This document shows, piece by piece, positions 27,175 to 37,092 of a stretch of DNA of 64,000 bases. The notes below the pieces were generated by a model. That model was not told where the DNA came from. It did not search any database and saw only the letters and a program-made list of their open reading frames with translations. Both the position numbers and the translations under genes were made by a program. The DNA is from a virus. The first letter of the stretch is position 1; each line of letters starts with the position of its first letter. The DNA lies in IMG/VR virus record IMGVR_UViG_3300029258_001308, positions 1 through 64,000 of that record; one strand, written 5' to 3'.

Positions 27175-30105
27175 TTGGGCTACGACGTGGAACGTATTCC
27201 CGAACTCAAAGAGCTGCTTATCAAGCGGATCGACTTCGAGCAGTTCTTGCTTGACACTCTCGAGCTCGATGAACTGAAGTGGTCGCACGACGAAGTCCAG
27301 CTCTACTGCCCATTCCACAACCCAAGGTGGCGGGAGAAGAAGGGTAAGTCCCCAAGTCTGGGCATCAACCGGTCGGGAAAGTTCAACTGCTTCTCAGCAG
27401 CCTGTGGCGCTAGAGGCTCGAACGCCGTCAACTTCTACGAGCAGTACCACGACGTCGAGTACGAGGAAGCTCTGCGCGATCTCTACGACAAGTACGTTCA
27501 TCCGCTGGTCCCTGACGAAGAGGTGGCCGAGAATCACCGCGTTCTCTTGGACACCCCGTCCGTTCTGCATTACATCCACGGCAGGGGAATCTCGACGGAG
27601 ACCTTGAAGCGATTCCAGATTGGATGGGACGGACTTCGTATCACCTTCCCAATCCGCAATCGCTTCGGCCTCTGCGAGAATCTTCGCAGATACAACCCGT
27701 CTCGGAAGGCCGAGAGGAAGATACTATCGTACGGTGAAGGGTATGGCGGCCTCAAGCTCTACCCCATCAACGTCCTGCTTGACCCGAGGAACAAGGACAT
27801 CATTCTGTGCGAGGGCGAATGGGACGCGCTGCTCTCGATACAGAAAGGATTCAACGCCGTCACGATAACCGGCGGAGCCGGGAGCTGGGCGGACTATCTG
27901 ACGCCTCCCTTTGACGACAAGAACGTGGCCATAGTCTACGACGTAAACGATGCAGATGAGGCCGGTCAGATCGGTGCGATGAAGGTGGCCGACTACCTGA
28001 AGGGTACCGCTTCCTCGATCAGAGTGGTCGAGCTCCCACTCTCAAAGAGGGGCGGAGACCTGACCGACTTCTTCAAGGATCGAGAGAACAAGCCGAAGGA
28101 CCTGCGTGACCTGGTCCGAGCAACTGACCCCATCCGCAGCAAGAGGACCAAGACCAAGAAGAAGAAGGAAGAGACGGGTGAGTTCAAGGGGGCTGCTCCG
28201 TTCAGCTTCAACGCAAAGGAAGCCAAGCTAGTCTCGTTGGCCGAGGCTTCTGGGTCCAAGTACTACTTCACCCCCATCTGCATGGATTGCCTCATCTCCG
28301 GCAAGAACCTGTCTCCGTATCTACTACCGCTAGAAGTAGAGGTATCCTGCGAGGGCGGAAAGAAGTCGTGCAACACTTGCCCTCACGGTCTGAACGGCGG
28401 GACCCGGATGTTCAAGGTACCGCTGAAGTCCAAGGAGACGCTTCAGTTAGTCGGCTCTACAGAACGATCGATCCGCAAAGTACTGGCCGACATGTTTGAT
28501 CTTCCGGCCGGATGCAAGTACCGCTTCGAGGTCAAGTCCACCTTCAACATCGAAGAGCTCAGGCTGATACCAGCCGTTGACTTCTCGGACGAGACGGGAT
28601 CGTACGTGGTGCGCCGAGGATTCTTCGTAGGGCACGGCATCGAATCGAACTCTACTTATCGCCTCTACGGTTACACAGTGCCTGATCCTCGGACGCAGCA
28701 CGCGGTCCACGTTCTTCTCAAGGCTCACCCGGTTCAGGACTCGTTGGATAACTTCAAGCTGACGAAGAGAGAGGCCAAACGAATCGCCAGGATGCTTCGA
28801 CCCGACGACGACGAATCCGTCCGCGAGAAGATGGACGACATAGTAGAATGGGAGGCAGAGCACGTCACGTCGATCAAGCAACGGCCTGATCTGCACATGG
28901 GCGTGGACCTGGTCTTCCACTCCCCGCTTCAGTTCTACTTCAACAAGGAGTTCGTCCAGAAGGGTTGGCTCGAACTCTTAGTACTGGGTGACACCAGGTG
29001 CGGGAAGGGCTATGTGGCTGAGGGCATGGTCAAGTTCTATCGTCTAGGCGAGGTAGCTTCGGGCGAGAACTGTTCGTTCTCGGGGCTGGTCGGTGGTCTC
29101 CAGCAGAGCGATAAGTACTGGATGATCACGTGGGGAAAGATACCGCTCAACGATCGACGCCTTGTCGTACTAGACGAGGTCAACGCTATCGCTCAGGAAG
29201 ACATCGGTCGCATGTCTCGAGTGAGGTCTGAGGGCATAGCCGAGATCGTGAAGATTCAGAGCGAGAGAACTAGAGCACGGACTCGTCTGATCTGGCTAGC
29301 CAATCCTCGATCGGGCCGCACGCTCTCCACTTACAACTCGGGAGTGGAGGCGGTTCGTGAACTGATCGGGGCGTCCGAGGATATCTCTCGATTCGACTTC
29401 GCTCTCACCGTGGCTTCGTCTGAGGTTCCGTCCGACGTCATCAACGCGCTTCGCACCAAGAACAAGACGGCCGAAGACAAGTACGACCAGGAGCTGATGC
29501 AGAAGCTGGTGCTCTGGATATGGAGTCGGAAGTCGAGGCAGGTCAGATTCACTAAGGCTGCTACTCGCCGAATCCTCAAGCTGGCCATCCGATTAGGCAA
29601 GCGCTACAGCCCCAGCATCCCGCTGGTCCAGGGAGAGAACGCTCGCATCAAGCTGGCCAAGCTTTCTGCTGCCGTTGCATCAAGGCTCTTCTCCACTGAC
29701 GACGAGTACAACAGTATCGTGGTACGGAAGGAACACGTGAACTTCGTCGAGGAGTTCATGCACGAGATATATGCCAAGGGCTCCATGGCCTACGACGTCT
29801 ATTCGAAGGTGGACACAGCGAGAGAGACCTTGGACGACCCGCAGGCTCTGCGAGATGTGATCGATACACTCGGAGCTCAGGTGGCTACGTTCGTGGAGGG
29901 AATGCTCGAGCACAGGAGGATCACGATCGATGGTCTGTCCGACTACATCGGTCGAGATAGATACGCCGCCAAGGAACTGGTCGGGCAGCTTGTCAGAATG
30001 AAGTGCGTCTCCAAGGACAACACCTTCTATGTCAAGCGGCCTGCCTTCATCCAGTTCCTTCGGACGCTGCGGGATGAACTGAAGAGAAAGGAGCGGAGGA
30101 GATGA
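27175..30105 (+). CDS. DnaG-type primase fused to MCM-like AAA+ helicase
   Basis: CHC2 Zn finger (CPFH...C...C), TOPRIM (CEGEWD, YDVND, GDLTDF), Walker A GDTRCGKG, Walker B VVLDE, ISRFD arginine finger. Confidence 0.85.
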   Translation: MGYDVERIPELKELLIKRIDFEQFLLDTLELDELKWSHDEVQLYCPFHNPRWREKKGKSPSLGINRSGKFNCFSAACGARGSNAVNFYEQYHDVEYEEALRDLYDKYVHPLVPDEEVAENHRVLLDTPSVLHYIHGRGISTETLKRFQIGWDGLRITFPIRNRFGLCENLRRYNPSRKAERKILSYGEGYGGLKLYPINVLLDPRNKDIILCEGEWDALLSIQKGFNAVTITGGAGSWADYLTPPFDDKNVAIVYDVNDADEAGQIGAMKVADYLKGTASSIRVVELPLSKRGGDLTDFFKDRENKPKDLRDLVRATDPIRSKRTKTKKKKEETGEFKGAAPFSFNAKEAKLVSLAEASGSKYYFTPICMDCLISGKNLSPYLLPLEVEVSCEGGKKSCNTCPHGLNGGTRMFKVPLKSKETLQLVGSTERSIRKVLADMFDLPAGCKYRFEVKSTFNIEELRLIPAVDFSDETGSYVVRRGFFVGHGIESNSTYRLYGYTVPDPRTQHAVHVLLKAHPVQDSLDNFKLTKREAKRIARMLRPDDDESVREKMDDIVEWEAEHVTSIKQRPDLHMGVDLVFHSPLQFYFNKEFVQKGWLELLVLGDTRCGKGYVAEGMVKFYRLGEVASGENCSFSGLVGGLQQSDKYWMITWGKIPLNDRRLVVLDEVNAIAQEDIGRMSRVRSEGIAEIVKIQSERTRARTRLIWLANPRSGRTLSTYNSGVEAVRELIGASEDISRFDFALTVASSEVPSDVINALRTKNKTAEDKYDQELMQKLVLWIWSRKSRQVRFTKAATRRILKLAIRLGKRYSPSIPLVQGENARIKLAKLSAAVASRLFSTDDEYNSIVVRKEHVNFVEEFMHEIYAKGSMAYDVYSKVDTARETLDDPQALRDVIDTLGAQVATFVEGMLEHRRITIDGLSDYIGRDRYAAKELVGQLVRMKCVSKDNTFYVKRPAFIQFLRTLRDELKRKERRR

Positions 30106-30665
30106 CGCACAACGAGCTGCTTGACGAGAAGTACAAGATGATCATAGCCGACGAGGCCTGGGAGAAGGGCGGTCGTCCCATGGGCTTCCCGACCGGGTCG
30201 GTCTCGACCGACAAGGTCATCGACTTCCTGCATGAGCTGATGGAGTCCCTGAGGCAGGTGGCCGAGATGGAAGTGCAGCGACCCAAGCCACGTGACGAGA
30301 TCATCCAGCCGCTGATCACAGAGCAAGCTCTTAGGATAGCCATCAGCGCAATCAATGGCTGGGACATCTATCTGGCCGTGATCTCTCTCCGCTTTCAGTG
30401 GAGTCCCGAGGGGCTCCTCAAGGAGGTCATCAACAAGCTCAAGCAGAAGCACGAGGACTACGGCAACGCCTCGCTCATCCGCTACGGGGTCTTTGGATTC
30501 CTGGTCAAGATACATCAGAAGATCGACAGGCTGCAGAACCTGATCGGGTCCAAGGGTCCGGTCGACTACAGAGAGACGCAGAACGAGCCGGTTGAGGATA
30601 CCTGGCTCGACATCGCTGGCTATGGTATTCTCCTGCTCATGTACGGGCGGGGAGAACTAGACTAG
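30102..30665 (+). CDS. DUF1599 / nucleotide-modification-associated all-alpha domain protein
   Basis: KHEDYGN...K..RL.NL...EPVEDTWLDIAGYGIL. Confidence 0.75.
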   Translation: MTHNELLDEKYKMIIADEAWEKGGRPMGFPTGSVSTDKVIDFLHELMESLRQVAEMEVQRPKPRDEIIQPLITEQALRIAISAINGWDIYLAVISLRFQWSPEGLLKEVINKLKQKHEDYGNASLIRYGVFGFLVKIHQKIDRLQNLIGSKGPVDYRETQNEPVEDTWLDIAGYGILLLMYGRGELD

Positions 30666-30679
30666 GAAGGAGCAGGAGG

Positions 30680-31327
30680 ATGAACATCCACGACGTGACG
30701 GACGTGGAGATACCCACGGACGAGTGCTGGCTTGCCAAGATGTTCGAGCGGCAGAAAGAACTGATGGACAAGTACCACCACATCGAGCGAGATAGCGGGC
30801 TTCTTCAGACCGAGCAGGAGCCGCCGCTCGACCATCACTGCAAGTTCGCACAGGCTCGGTTCAAGGACTTCTCGTGGCGTGTGACCGAGGAACTCGCCGA
30901 AGCCATGGAGGCGAAGGACGACGAAGTCCACATGGTCGAGGAGATTATCGACGGTCTCCACTTCCTGCTCGAGCTGACCATCCTCGTCGGGGTCACCCAC
31001 GAAGAACTTGTTGTGGAGGAGGTAGTGAACGGGCCTAGCTCCCGGTTGCAGAACCTTCTCGACTATCACGACCAGGCCGACTCCATCGAGGGTCAGTGCT
31101 GGCGAGTTGTCTACGAACTCGGCCTCGCCGCCAACTGTCTGAAGAACAAGCCCTGGAAGCAGGCTCACATGATGACTGACTCCAACAAGTTCAAGGCCCA
31201 GATCATCAAGGCCTGGAGCGAGTTCGGAGCTCTGCTAAGAACGGCGAAACTCTCGGCCGAGGAGGTCTTCGTCTTCTACTTCAAGAAGAGCGAGGTGAAC
31301 AAGTTCCGCCAGAGGAGCAAGTACTAA
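30680..31327 (+). CDS. All-alpha (dimeric dUTPase/dCTPase, MazG-like) dNTP pyrophosphatase
   Basis: EELAEAME, EEIIDGLHF, KNKPWKQ, K.EVNKFRQRSKY. Confidence 0.85.
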   Translation: MNIHDVTDVEIPTDECWLAKMFERQKELMDKYHHIERDSGLLQTEQEPPLDHHCKFAQARFKDFSWRVTEELAEAMEAKDDEVHMVEEIIDGLHFLLELTILVGVTHEELVVEEVVNGPSSRLQNLLDYHDQADSIEGQCWRVVYELGLAANCLKNKPWKQAHMMTDSNKFKAQIIKAWSEFGALLRTAKLSAEEVFVFYFKKSEVNKFRQRSKY

Positions 31328-32157
31328 TGGCCTCGAACATCTGGATCACCGATCCACGCCCGCTGTGGCAGGTCTACGCTAACCTGAATGCCGGGATGTG
31401 GTCAAGACCGCACGCTGAAGCCCGCACCTCGCTGAGGAAGGTGCGCTTCGACGGGTACGCCATCGTAAGGGGATGGGAGTTGTTCGGATACTGGGCCTAC
31501 TCTGGGTACACGTCGAGGAAATTGAAGGCTCTGATCCGCGACTATCTTCCGCCACACTCACTCGACCTGGCCAAGGCTCGCATCGAACGTCGGCTCAAGG
31601 AGCGGGTCTTCCAGTCCATAGGAGTACCGATTGGGACAGGCAAGAAGGACAAGCCGGAGAAGACGGGGCAGTGCATCACGGGAATGGAGATCAAGTGGAT
31701 ACCGAAGGGACGAGGTCGCGAGTTCCGTGTGCACGCCTCGGTATCGTTCCGAGTGTCCGAGATAACACGTCGCTTGCTTGGCGACTTCCTCTTCATCGAG
31801 TATATACTGAACGACATCCTCAACGAGTTCGACTGGAGGGACAAGCTCGAGACGGTCTCTCTGTACTTCGGTTCCTACTACGTGACCCTGGATAACCTGC
31901 CGGTCTGGAAAGGCATGTGGCCGGGGCAGCGCCGAGACCGAGGCGATATCTATACAGGTAAGGAGTGGGAGAAGTATCTCCAGCAAGGACGGACCGGGAA
32001 GTCCACGGTGTCCGGGAAGAAGCTGAAGCACGGGGCCAAGGTCCGGGCTCATCAGATATATGTCAAGGCTCAGGACCTCGGACCGCTCTTCCTATATCGT
32101 GACGGGAAGCTGGTGCTGAAGAACAGCAGGAAGGAATGGGATGGACCGGACGTTTGA
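31327..32157 (+). CDS. Divergent thymidylate-synthase-fold protein (paralog A)
   Basis: TGQCIT, FRVSE...LLGDF; aligns end to end with the next ORF. Confidence 0.55.
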   Translation: MASNIWITDPRPLWQVYANLNAGMWSRPHAEARTSLRKVRFDGYAIVRGWELFGYWAYSGYTSRKLKALIRDYLPPHSLDLAKARIERRLKERVFQSIGVPIGTGKKDKPEKTGQCITGMEIKWIPKGRGREFRVHASVSFRVSEITRRLLGDFLFIEYILNDILNEFDWRDKLETVSLYFGSYYVTLDNLPVWKGMWPGQRRDRGDIYTGKEWEKYLQQGRTGKSTVSGKKLKHGAKVRAHQIYVKAQDLGPLFLYRDGKLVLKNSRKEWDGPDV

Positions 32158-33040
32158 CATCATAGCAAGTTCGGCGGGACTAGCCTACTGGCAGATGAAC
32201 GCCATGGGGTTCTGCCCTGGTGACGACGACAAGATCGGGTCGAGGTCGTTTGTCTCGGACCTGTTCTACGACTGCGAGTGGACTAGCTTCCGCTCCGAGG
32301 TCATGGCCATCTGGGCTCGACTCGGGTACAGCAAGTACAAGATGACTCAGCTCAAGCGAGTCTATCTTGACACCGACCGTTTCTTTCTTCTGTCTCAGCG
32401 GTTCAAGAAGCGTCTCTCCGAACGGAAGTTCTTCACCATCGGGATGAACTTCGGTACCGACTCCAAGAAGGCCGAGGATCAGACCGGGGAATGCATGACA
32501 GGCATCGGTCTCTACGGCTTCCAACGCAGAGACCTGGATGGAAAGAAAGGGATTGGTGTCAAGGTCAAGGTCTTCTGGCGAGCAACCGAAGGAACTCGTC
32601 GATTCCCGGCCGATCTCAAGTTCATACTCTGGATGCTGGACGAACTGAAGGATTGGGTCAAGACGGATACGATCTGGTGGTTCGAAGGGATACAACTGTT
32701 CGTCGGGTTCGCGTACTTCAACATCTGGGCCTACCCCCTCTGGGCCCAGATGTTCCCGGCGATGAAGAAGTACATCGACAAGCGGACAGGGTGGGGAAAG
32801 GGATTGACCGATGCGCTTGAAAAGGCGAAGGCGTTCACTGCTGGACGAGATAGAGAGACTATCAAGTACAAGCCTCGCCGCCGACTATTCCAAGCGTATC
32901 GCGAGAATCAAGAATCGAAACTGCCGACGTTGTTCACTGCATCGAACAGCGCAGTCCGTGTGCACACTGGGAGAAGGAAACCCGCTAAGCCCGCTGGTGC
33001 TGGTGGGAGAGGCCCCGGGAAAAAGAGAGGACGATCTTGA
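32141..33040 (+). CDS. Divergent thymidylate-synthase-fold protein (paralog B)
   Basis: TGECMT, WRATE...FPADL; aligns with the previous ORF. Confidence 0.55.
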   Translation: MDRTFDIIASSAGLAYWQMNAMGFCPGDDDKIGSRSFVSDLFYDCEWTSFRSEVMAIWARLGYSKYKMTQLKRVYLDTDRFFLLSQRFKKRLSERKFFTIGMNFGTDSKKAEDQTGECMTGIGLYGFQRRDLDGKKGIGVKVKVFWRATEGTRRFPADLKFILWMLDELKDWVKTDTIWWFEGIQLFVGFAYFNIWAYPLWAQMFPAMKKYIDKRTGWGKGLTDALEKAKAFTAGRDRETIKYKPRRRLFQAYRENQESKLPTLFTASNSAVRVHTGRRKPAKPAGAGGRGPGKKRGRS

Positions 33041-33515
33041 GAAGCCATTCCAGGGCAAGGCCGGTCAGCTGCTCGACAAGATTCTCAAGGTACATGGCAT
33101 GACCAGGAGGCATGTCTACATCACGAACGTCTGTCGCTGTCGTCCTAAGGACAACAGGAAGCCAGACCAAGAGGAGGCGAGGGCGTGCGAGAAGTACCTG
33201 ATCAAGGAGCTCTCGATCATTCAGCCTCGAGTAGTAGTGACGTTGGGAGGCACAGCAACGCTATCCATGACAGGGTTCGGGAAGATATCAATGGTGAGAG
33301 GTCGGCCAGTCTTCCCGAAGTCGTGGGGCTTGATGATCATCCCCACCTGGCACCCGTCCTACTGTGTAAGGAATGGGGGCGAGAGCAGGCTCGCCAAATA
33401 CTTGGAGACCGGAGAGCGGAAGGCAGACTGGTCCGTCTTCCAGCTCATGGACGATATAGGCCTGGCCGTGAAAGCCCTAGGGACTAAGATTCCCTGGAAC
33501 GTTAGGAGGAAGTGA
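32811..33515 (+). CDS. Uracil-DNA glycosylase family 4 ([4Fe-4S])
   Basis: CRRCSLH, LVGEAPG, PFQGKAG, TNVCRCRP..NR.P, C, HPS. Confidence 0.9.
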   Translation: MRLKRRRRSLLDEIERLSSTSLAADYSKRIARIKNRNCRRCSLHRTAQSVCTLGEGNPLSPLVLVGEAPGKREDDLEKPFQGKAGQLLDKILKVHGMTRRHVYITNVCRCRPKDNRKPDQEEARACEKYLIKELSIIQPRVVVTLGGTATLSMTGFGKISMVRGRPVFPKSWGLMIIPTWHPSYCVRNGGESRLAKYLETGERKADWSVFQLMDDIGLAVKALGTKIPWNVRRK

Positions 33516-34264
33516 TGCGAATCTTCAAGGACTGTTTCGAAGCAACGCGGGAAGCCGAGCGAGATCTGTGGGAGATGGGCGTCGAGGTCTGGCCGGAGAC
33601 GATGCAGGACAAGGACGTCCGCGGTGACGAAGGGTTCAAGACCAAGGAGGTCTCGTCCTACTCCTTCATGATCACGAACCCGTTGGCTATGCGGGAGGAG
33701 GCCGTTCTCTACTTCGTCGACACCGATCCGACTCTCGAGGGCGAGGAGAAGGAGAGGGCCAAGCGAAGGCTCATGGGGTACTGCCGTCAGGAGATCGAAG
33801 GCCGAACCTCCTTCAAGATCATGAACCCCGGTACTTCGTGGAAGAACCGCCCGGAAATCTGGGAGGAGTTCATCCACGAAGGGAAGTTCGCCTACTCGTA
33901 CTACGAGCGCATCTCTCCGCAGTTGCCTCGCATCATCGACGAACTGGGCCGCCGTCCCAACACTCGGCAGGCCATCATCAACATCCACTCGAACTTCTAC
34001 GGCGACATACAAGGGATGGGCGGACACGGTCGAGTTCCTTGCTCCATGTACTACCAGGTCATGCGGAGAGAGGGCAAGCTGAACCTCATCTACTGCATGC
34101 GGTCCTGCGACCTGCTCATCCACTTCCCCGTCGACGTGTACCTCGCCATCGGGATGCAGAAGTTCATAGCCAAGCAATTGAAGATTCCGGTGGGACAGTA
34201 CTCCATGTTCATGGGTTCGTTCCACGCGTACTACAAGGACATCGAGCCGAGAGGGATATTCTAA
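33512..34264 (+). CDS. Thymidylate-synthase-family protein, Asp-type (predicted dCMP methyl/hydroxymethyltransferase)
   Basis: TRQA, VPCS, MRSCD.......D (Asp at the E. coli ThyA Asn177 position), SFHAY. Confidence 0.8.
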   Translation: MMRIFKDCFEATREAERDLWEMGVEVWPETMQDKDVRGDEGFKTKEVSSYSFMITNPLAMREEAVLYFVDTDPTLEGEEKERAKRRLMGYCRQEIEGRTSFKIMNPGTSWKNRPEIWEEFIHEGKFAYSYYERISPQLPRIIDELGRRPNTRQAIINIHSNFYGDIQGMGGHGRVPCSMYYQVMRREGKLNLIYCMRSCDLLIHFPVDVYLAIGMQKFIAKQLKIPVGQYSMFMGSFHAYYKDIEPRGIF

Positions 34265-34728
34265 TGGCCTTGAGTCGACCCACGATGGTGTCGGTGTATC
34301 TTCGTTTCGCTCGGATAGTGAGTGAACGCTCTACCTGTGCTCGTCTCAAGGTGGGTGCAGTGATCACTACTTCCGACATGGAACAAGTTCTTGCACTGGG
34401 ATATAATGGGAATGCGAAAGGCTTCCCGAACGAATGCGATTCAGACGAGCCAGGCAAGTGCGGGTGTATCCACGCCGAGGTCAACGCGCTGATCAAGTGT
34501 GGGAAGAAGGACCGCAAGAAGGTGATGTTCGTAACGAACGCCCCATGCGCCCACTGCGCCAAGCTCATCGTGAACTCAGGGTTCTCCCTGGTCCACTACT
34601 TGGACGACTATCGAAGTTCAGCAGGGCTTCTCATTCTCAAGCAGGCGGGGATCACGGTCAGAAGGTTCGAAGAGGGAATAGTCGAAGATGATAGCTCCGG
34701 ACCTGATAACGGTCGGCCACAAGACTAA
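34264..34728 (+). CDS. dCMP deaminase
   Basis: RSTC.R.KVGAVI, GYNG, HAEVNAL, PCAHCAK. Confidence 0.9.
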   Translation: MALSRPTMVSVYLRFARIVSERSTCARLKVGAVITTSDMEQVLALGYNGNAKGFPNECDSDEPGKCGCIHAEVNALIKCGKKDRKKVMFVTNAPCAHCAKLIVNSGFSLVHYLDDYRSSAGLLILKQAGITVRRFEEGIVEDDSSGPDNGRPQD

Positions 34729-36640
34729 GCGGCTGATCAGCAAACAGGGCAAGCCGCCCAAGCTGAAGGGCAAGGTCGTGGCTCTCGACACAGAGACGAC
34801 CGGGCTCCAAGGATGGAAAGGCGCCCGGATATTCATGGTCTCGTACGCCACCGAGAAAGGCGAGAAGGGATATCTCTACGCAACGAAGGCCGTGATCGAG
34901 TGGTTCATCAACATCCTCAAAGACCCGAACATGACCGTCATCTTCCAGAACGGAAAGTTCGACTTCAAGATGCTGGCCTACGAGGGCCTGTCGGTCTGGG
35001 ATATCAAGTGCGAGTTGCACGACACGTTGATCATGAGCGTCCTCCTCCACGAGTTAGGCAAGCATAACCTCGCTGCTCTGGTCCGACGTTACCTCAAGAA
35101 GCCGGCCGACGAGAAGTCGGCGGTGGACGAATGGATAAGCGCGCACAAGAAGAAGAACGGTGAGTGGGTCAAGAAGCACGGGCGTCAGCCGAACTTCTCG
35201 GACGCTCCACCCAAGATAGTCCAGAAGCGGGCGATCTGGGACGTGGTCCATACCCTCAAGCTCTACTACTTATTCAAGAAGCCCATCCGCAAAGACTTCT
35301 GGGACCTGTATCGGCAGGAGGTCGAACTGTTTCTCTGCACCGTGGAGATGGAAGACCGCGGAGTCCTTGTTGACCTTGACCGGATAGCCAAGCTGAAGAA
35401 GCAGGCCAAGTCCGACCTCAAGTGGCTTGAGAAGAAGATGCGGAAGATAGTAGGCCGAGACTTCGTTATCAAAGGGACCGGTTCGAAGAAGGATTTCTAC
35501 CAGGTCATCACCGAGGACTTTGGGTGGAAGATCAAGTCAAGGACCGAGAAGGGCAACCCACAGTTCGACGAGTTCGCGATGCTCAAGTACCTGGACGAGT
35601 CTCTCCACCAGTATGTCCGAGCGAACTCCGAGGAGACGCCCACCCGAGAGTACATCAAAGGATTACTCTCAGAGCTGAGGAAGAAGAAGCTGCCGAAGAA
35701 ACAGAGCTTCGGGCCGATGATCACGAAGTGGCGCGAGCTCGACAAGATGGTGGGCACCTACTACGAGAACTTCGAAGAGATGGCCATCCCGATCAAGAGC
35801 AAGCGCAACGTCGGGGTCATCCACTGCAAGTTCAACTCAACGGCGGCGATCACCGGTCGGTTCTCCAGCTCGGAGCCGAACCTACAGAACGTGCCGAGAG
35901 TCCTCGGTCCCCGCGAATGCTTCACCACTCGACGTGGCTACGTCAACTATCACTTCGACTATTCGCAGATCGAGATCAGGCTCTTTGTTCACTACGCTCA
36001 GGACGAGGAATTGCGAGAGGCGCTGCTCAACGGGGCGGACATGCACATGCTGACCGCTCTGGCTATCCACCACAAGAAGGACCCGAAGAACGTCACCAAG
36101 GAACAGAGGAAGGTTGCGAAGACCGTGAACTTCGGCATCATCTACGGTGCCGGGGCTAAGACCCTAGCCCACAGCCTCACCGTCAAGACGGGTATCCCGC
36201 ACACTCGTGCCATGGCCAAGTCGTTCCTCGACGCCTATCACTCTCAGTACCCTTCGGTCCGGCGGATCATGGGCAAGCTGAAGGCCGAGATACTTCGGAG
36301 AGGGTTCGTTCAGAACGAGTTCGGCCGTCGCCACCGGGTCCCGGTCAAGGCGAACTACAAGGCACTCAACGCTTTGATCCAAGGATGCGCAGCCGACATC
36401 ATGAAGCGGGCCATGCTCCGCGTCTGGCACTTCCTCCACGAGCATGGCTGTCGCTCCCGGTTGATCATGACGATACACGACGAGATCGTCCTCGAGATAT
36501 GGCACGAGGAAGAGGCGTGGCTCGTACCCAAGGTCAAGGAACTGATGGAGATGGACAGCCCGAAGTTCTTCCTCCCGGTACCGACCGACATCGAGAAGAC
36601 CGCTACCTACTGGAGCGAGAAGAAGGACGTGGCGGCATGA
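34688..36640 (+). CDS. polA: DNA polymerase family A (3'-5' exonuclease plus polymerase)
   Basis: ALDTETTG, NGKFD, TGRFSSSEPNLQN, FDYSQIEIR, KTVNFGIIYG, TIHDEI. Confidence 0.95.
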   Translation: MIAPDLITVGHKTKRLISKQGKPPKLKGKVVALDTETTGLQGWKGARIFMVSYATEKGEKGYLYATKAVIEWFINILKDPNMTVIFQNGKFDFKMLAYEGLSVWDIKCELHDTLIMSVLLHELGKHNLAALVRRYLKKPADEKSAVDEWISAHKKKNGEWVKKHGRQPNFSDAPPKIVQKRAIWDVVHTLKLYYLFKKPIRKDFWDLYRQEVELFLCTVEMEDRGVLVDLDRIAKLKKQAKSDLKWLEKKMRKIVGRDFVIKGTGSKKDFYQVITEDFGWKIKSRTEKGNPQFDEFAMLKYLDESLHQYVRANSEETPTREYIKGLLSELRKKKLPKKQSFGPMITKWRELDKMVGTYYENFEEMAIPIKSKRNVGVIHCKFNSTAAITGRFSSSEPNLQNVPRVLGPRECFTTRRGYVNYHFDYSQIEIRLFVHYAQDEELREALLNGADMHMLTALAIHHKKDPKNVTKEQRKVAKTVNFGIIYGAGAKTLAHSLTVKTGIPHTRAMAKSFLDAYHSQYPSVRRIMGKLKAEILRRGFVQNEFGRRHRVPVKANYKALNALIQGCAADIMKRAMLRVWHFLHEHGCRSRLIMTIHDEIVLEIWHEEEAWLVPKVKELMEMDSPKFFLPVPTDIEKTATYWSEKKDVAA

Positions 36641-37092
36641 GACTGAAGAAGAGAGAGAAGACTATTCCGTTCGGGATCGAGGGCCACCACTCGGCCAGCT
36701 TCTTCCTGGACTATGACATGCTGAGGGCCATGAAGTCCAAGGTCTATCAGATAGCTCGGACCATCAGCGCCCACAACCCGAAGGCCGGGAAGAAGTTTGA
36801 TGCCGAGTGGGAGAAGGAACGAAACCGTCAGAGGGATAGGTCGATGGAGTTGGCGGGGGAAAGGAAAGCCGCCATCGACAAGATCATGTCCGAGTGTGCT
36901 AAGAAGGGGAACAAGATCGGCCGCACCGGATACCAGCGCATGATTGACGTGGGGATAGAAGTACTGAAGGGACTGGGCTTCAGTTCTAGCGAGATTCAAC
37001 GTGGACTAACTGAGGACTCTGGGATAGAATCAGCACCTCAAGTCGGAGGGGCGAGACGTAGGGGAAGAAAAAAGAGAAGGAGGATTCTTACC
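36637..37092 (+). CDS. Hypothetical protein (no stop; reads in frame into the following Lys-rich gene)
   Basis: ATGA overlap with the polymerase stop. Confidence 0.55.
37002..37030 (+). promoter_or_regulatory. Promoter variant TGGACT-N17-TAGAAT
   Basis: Near match to the consensus, upstream of a strong RBS before 37093. Confidence 0.5.
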
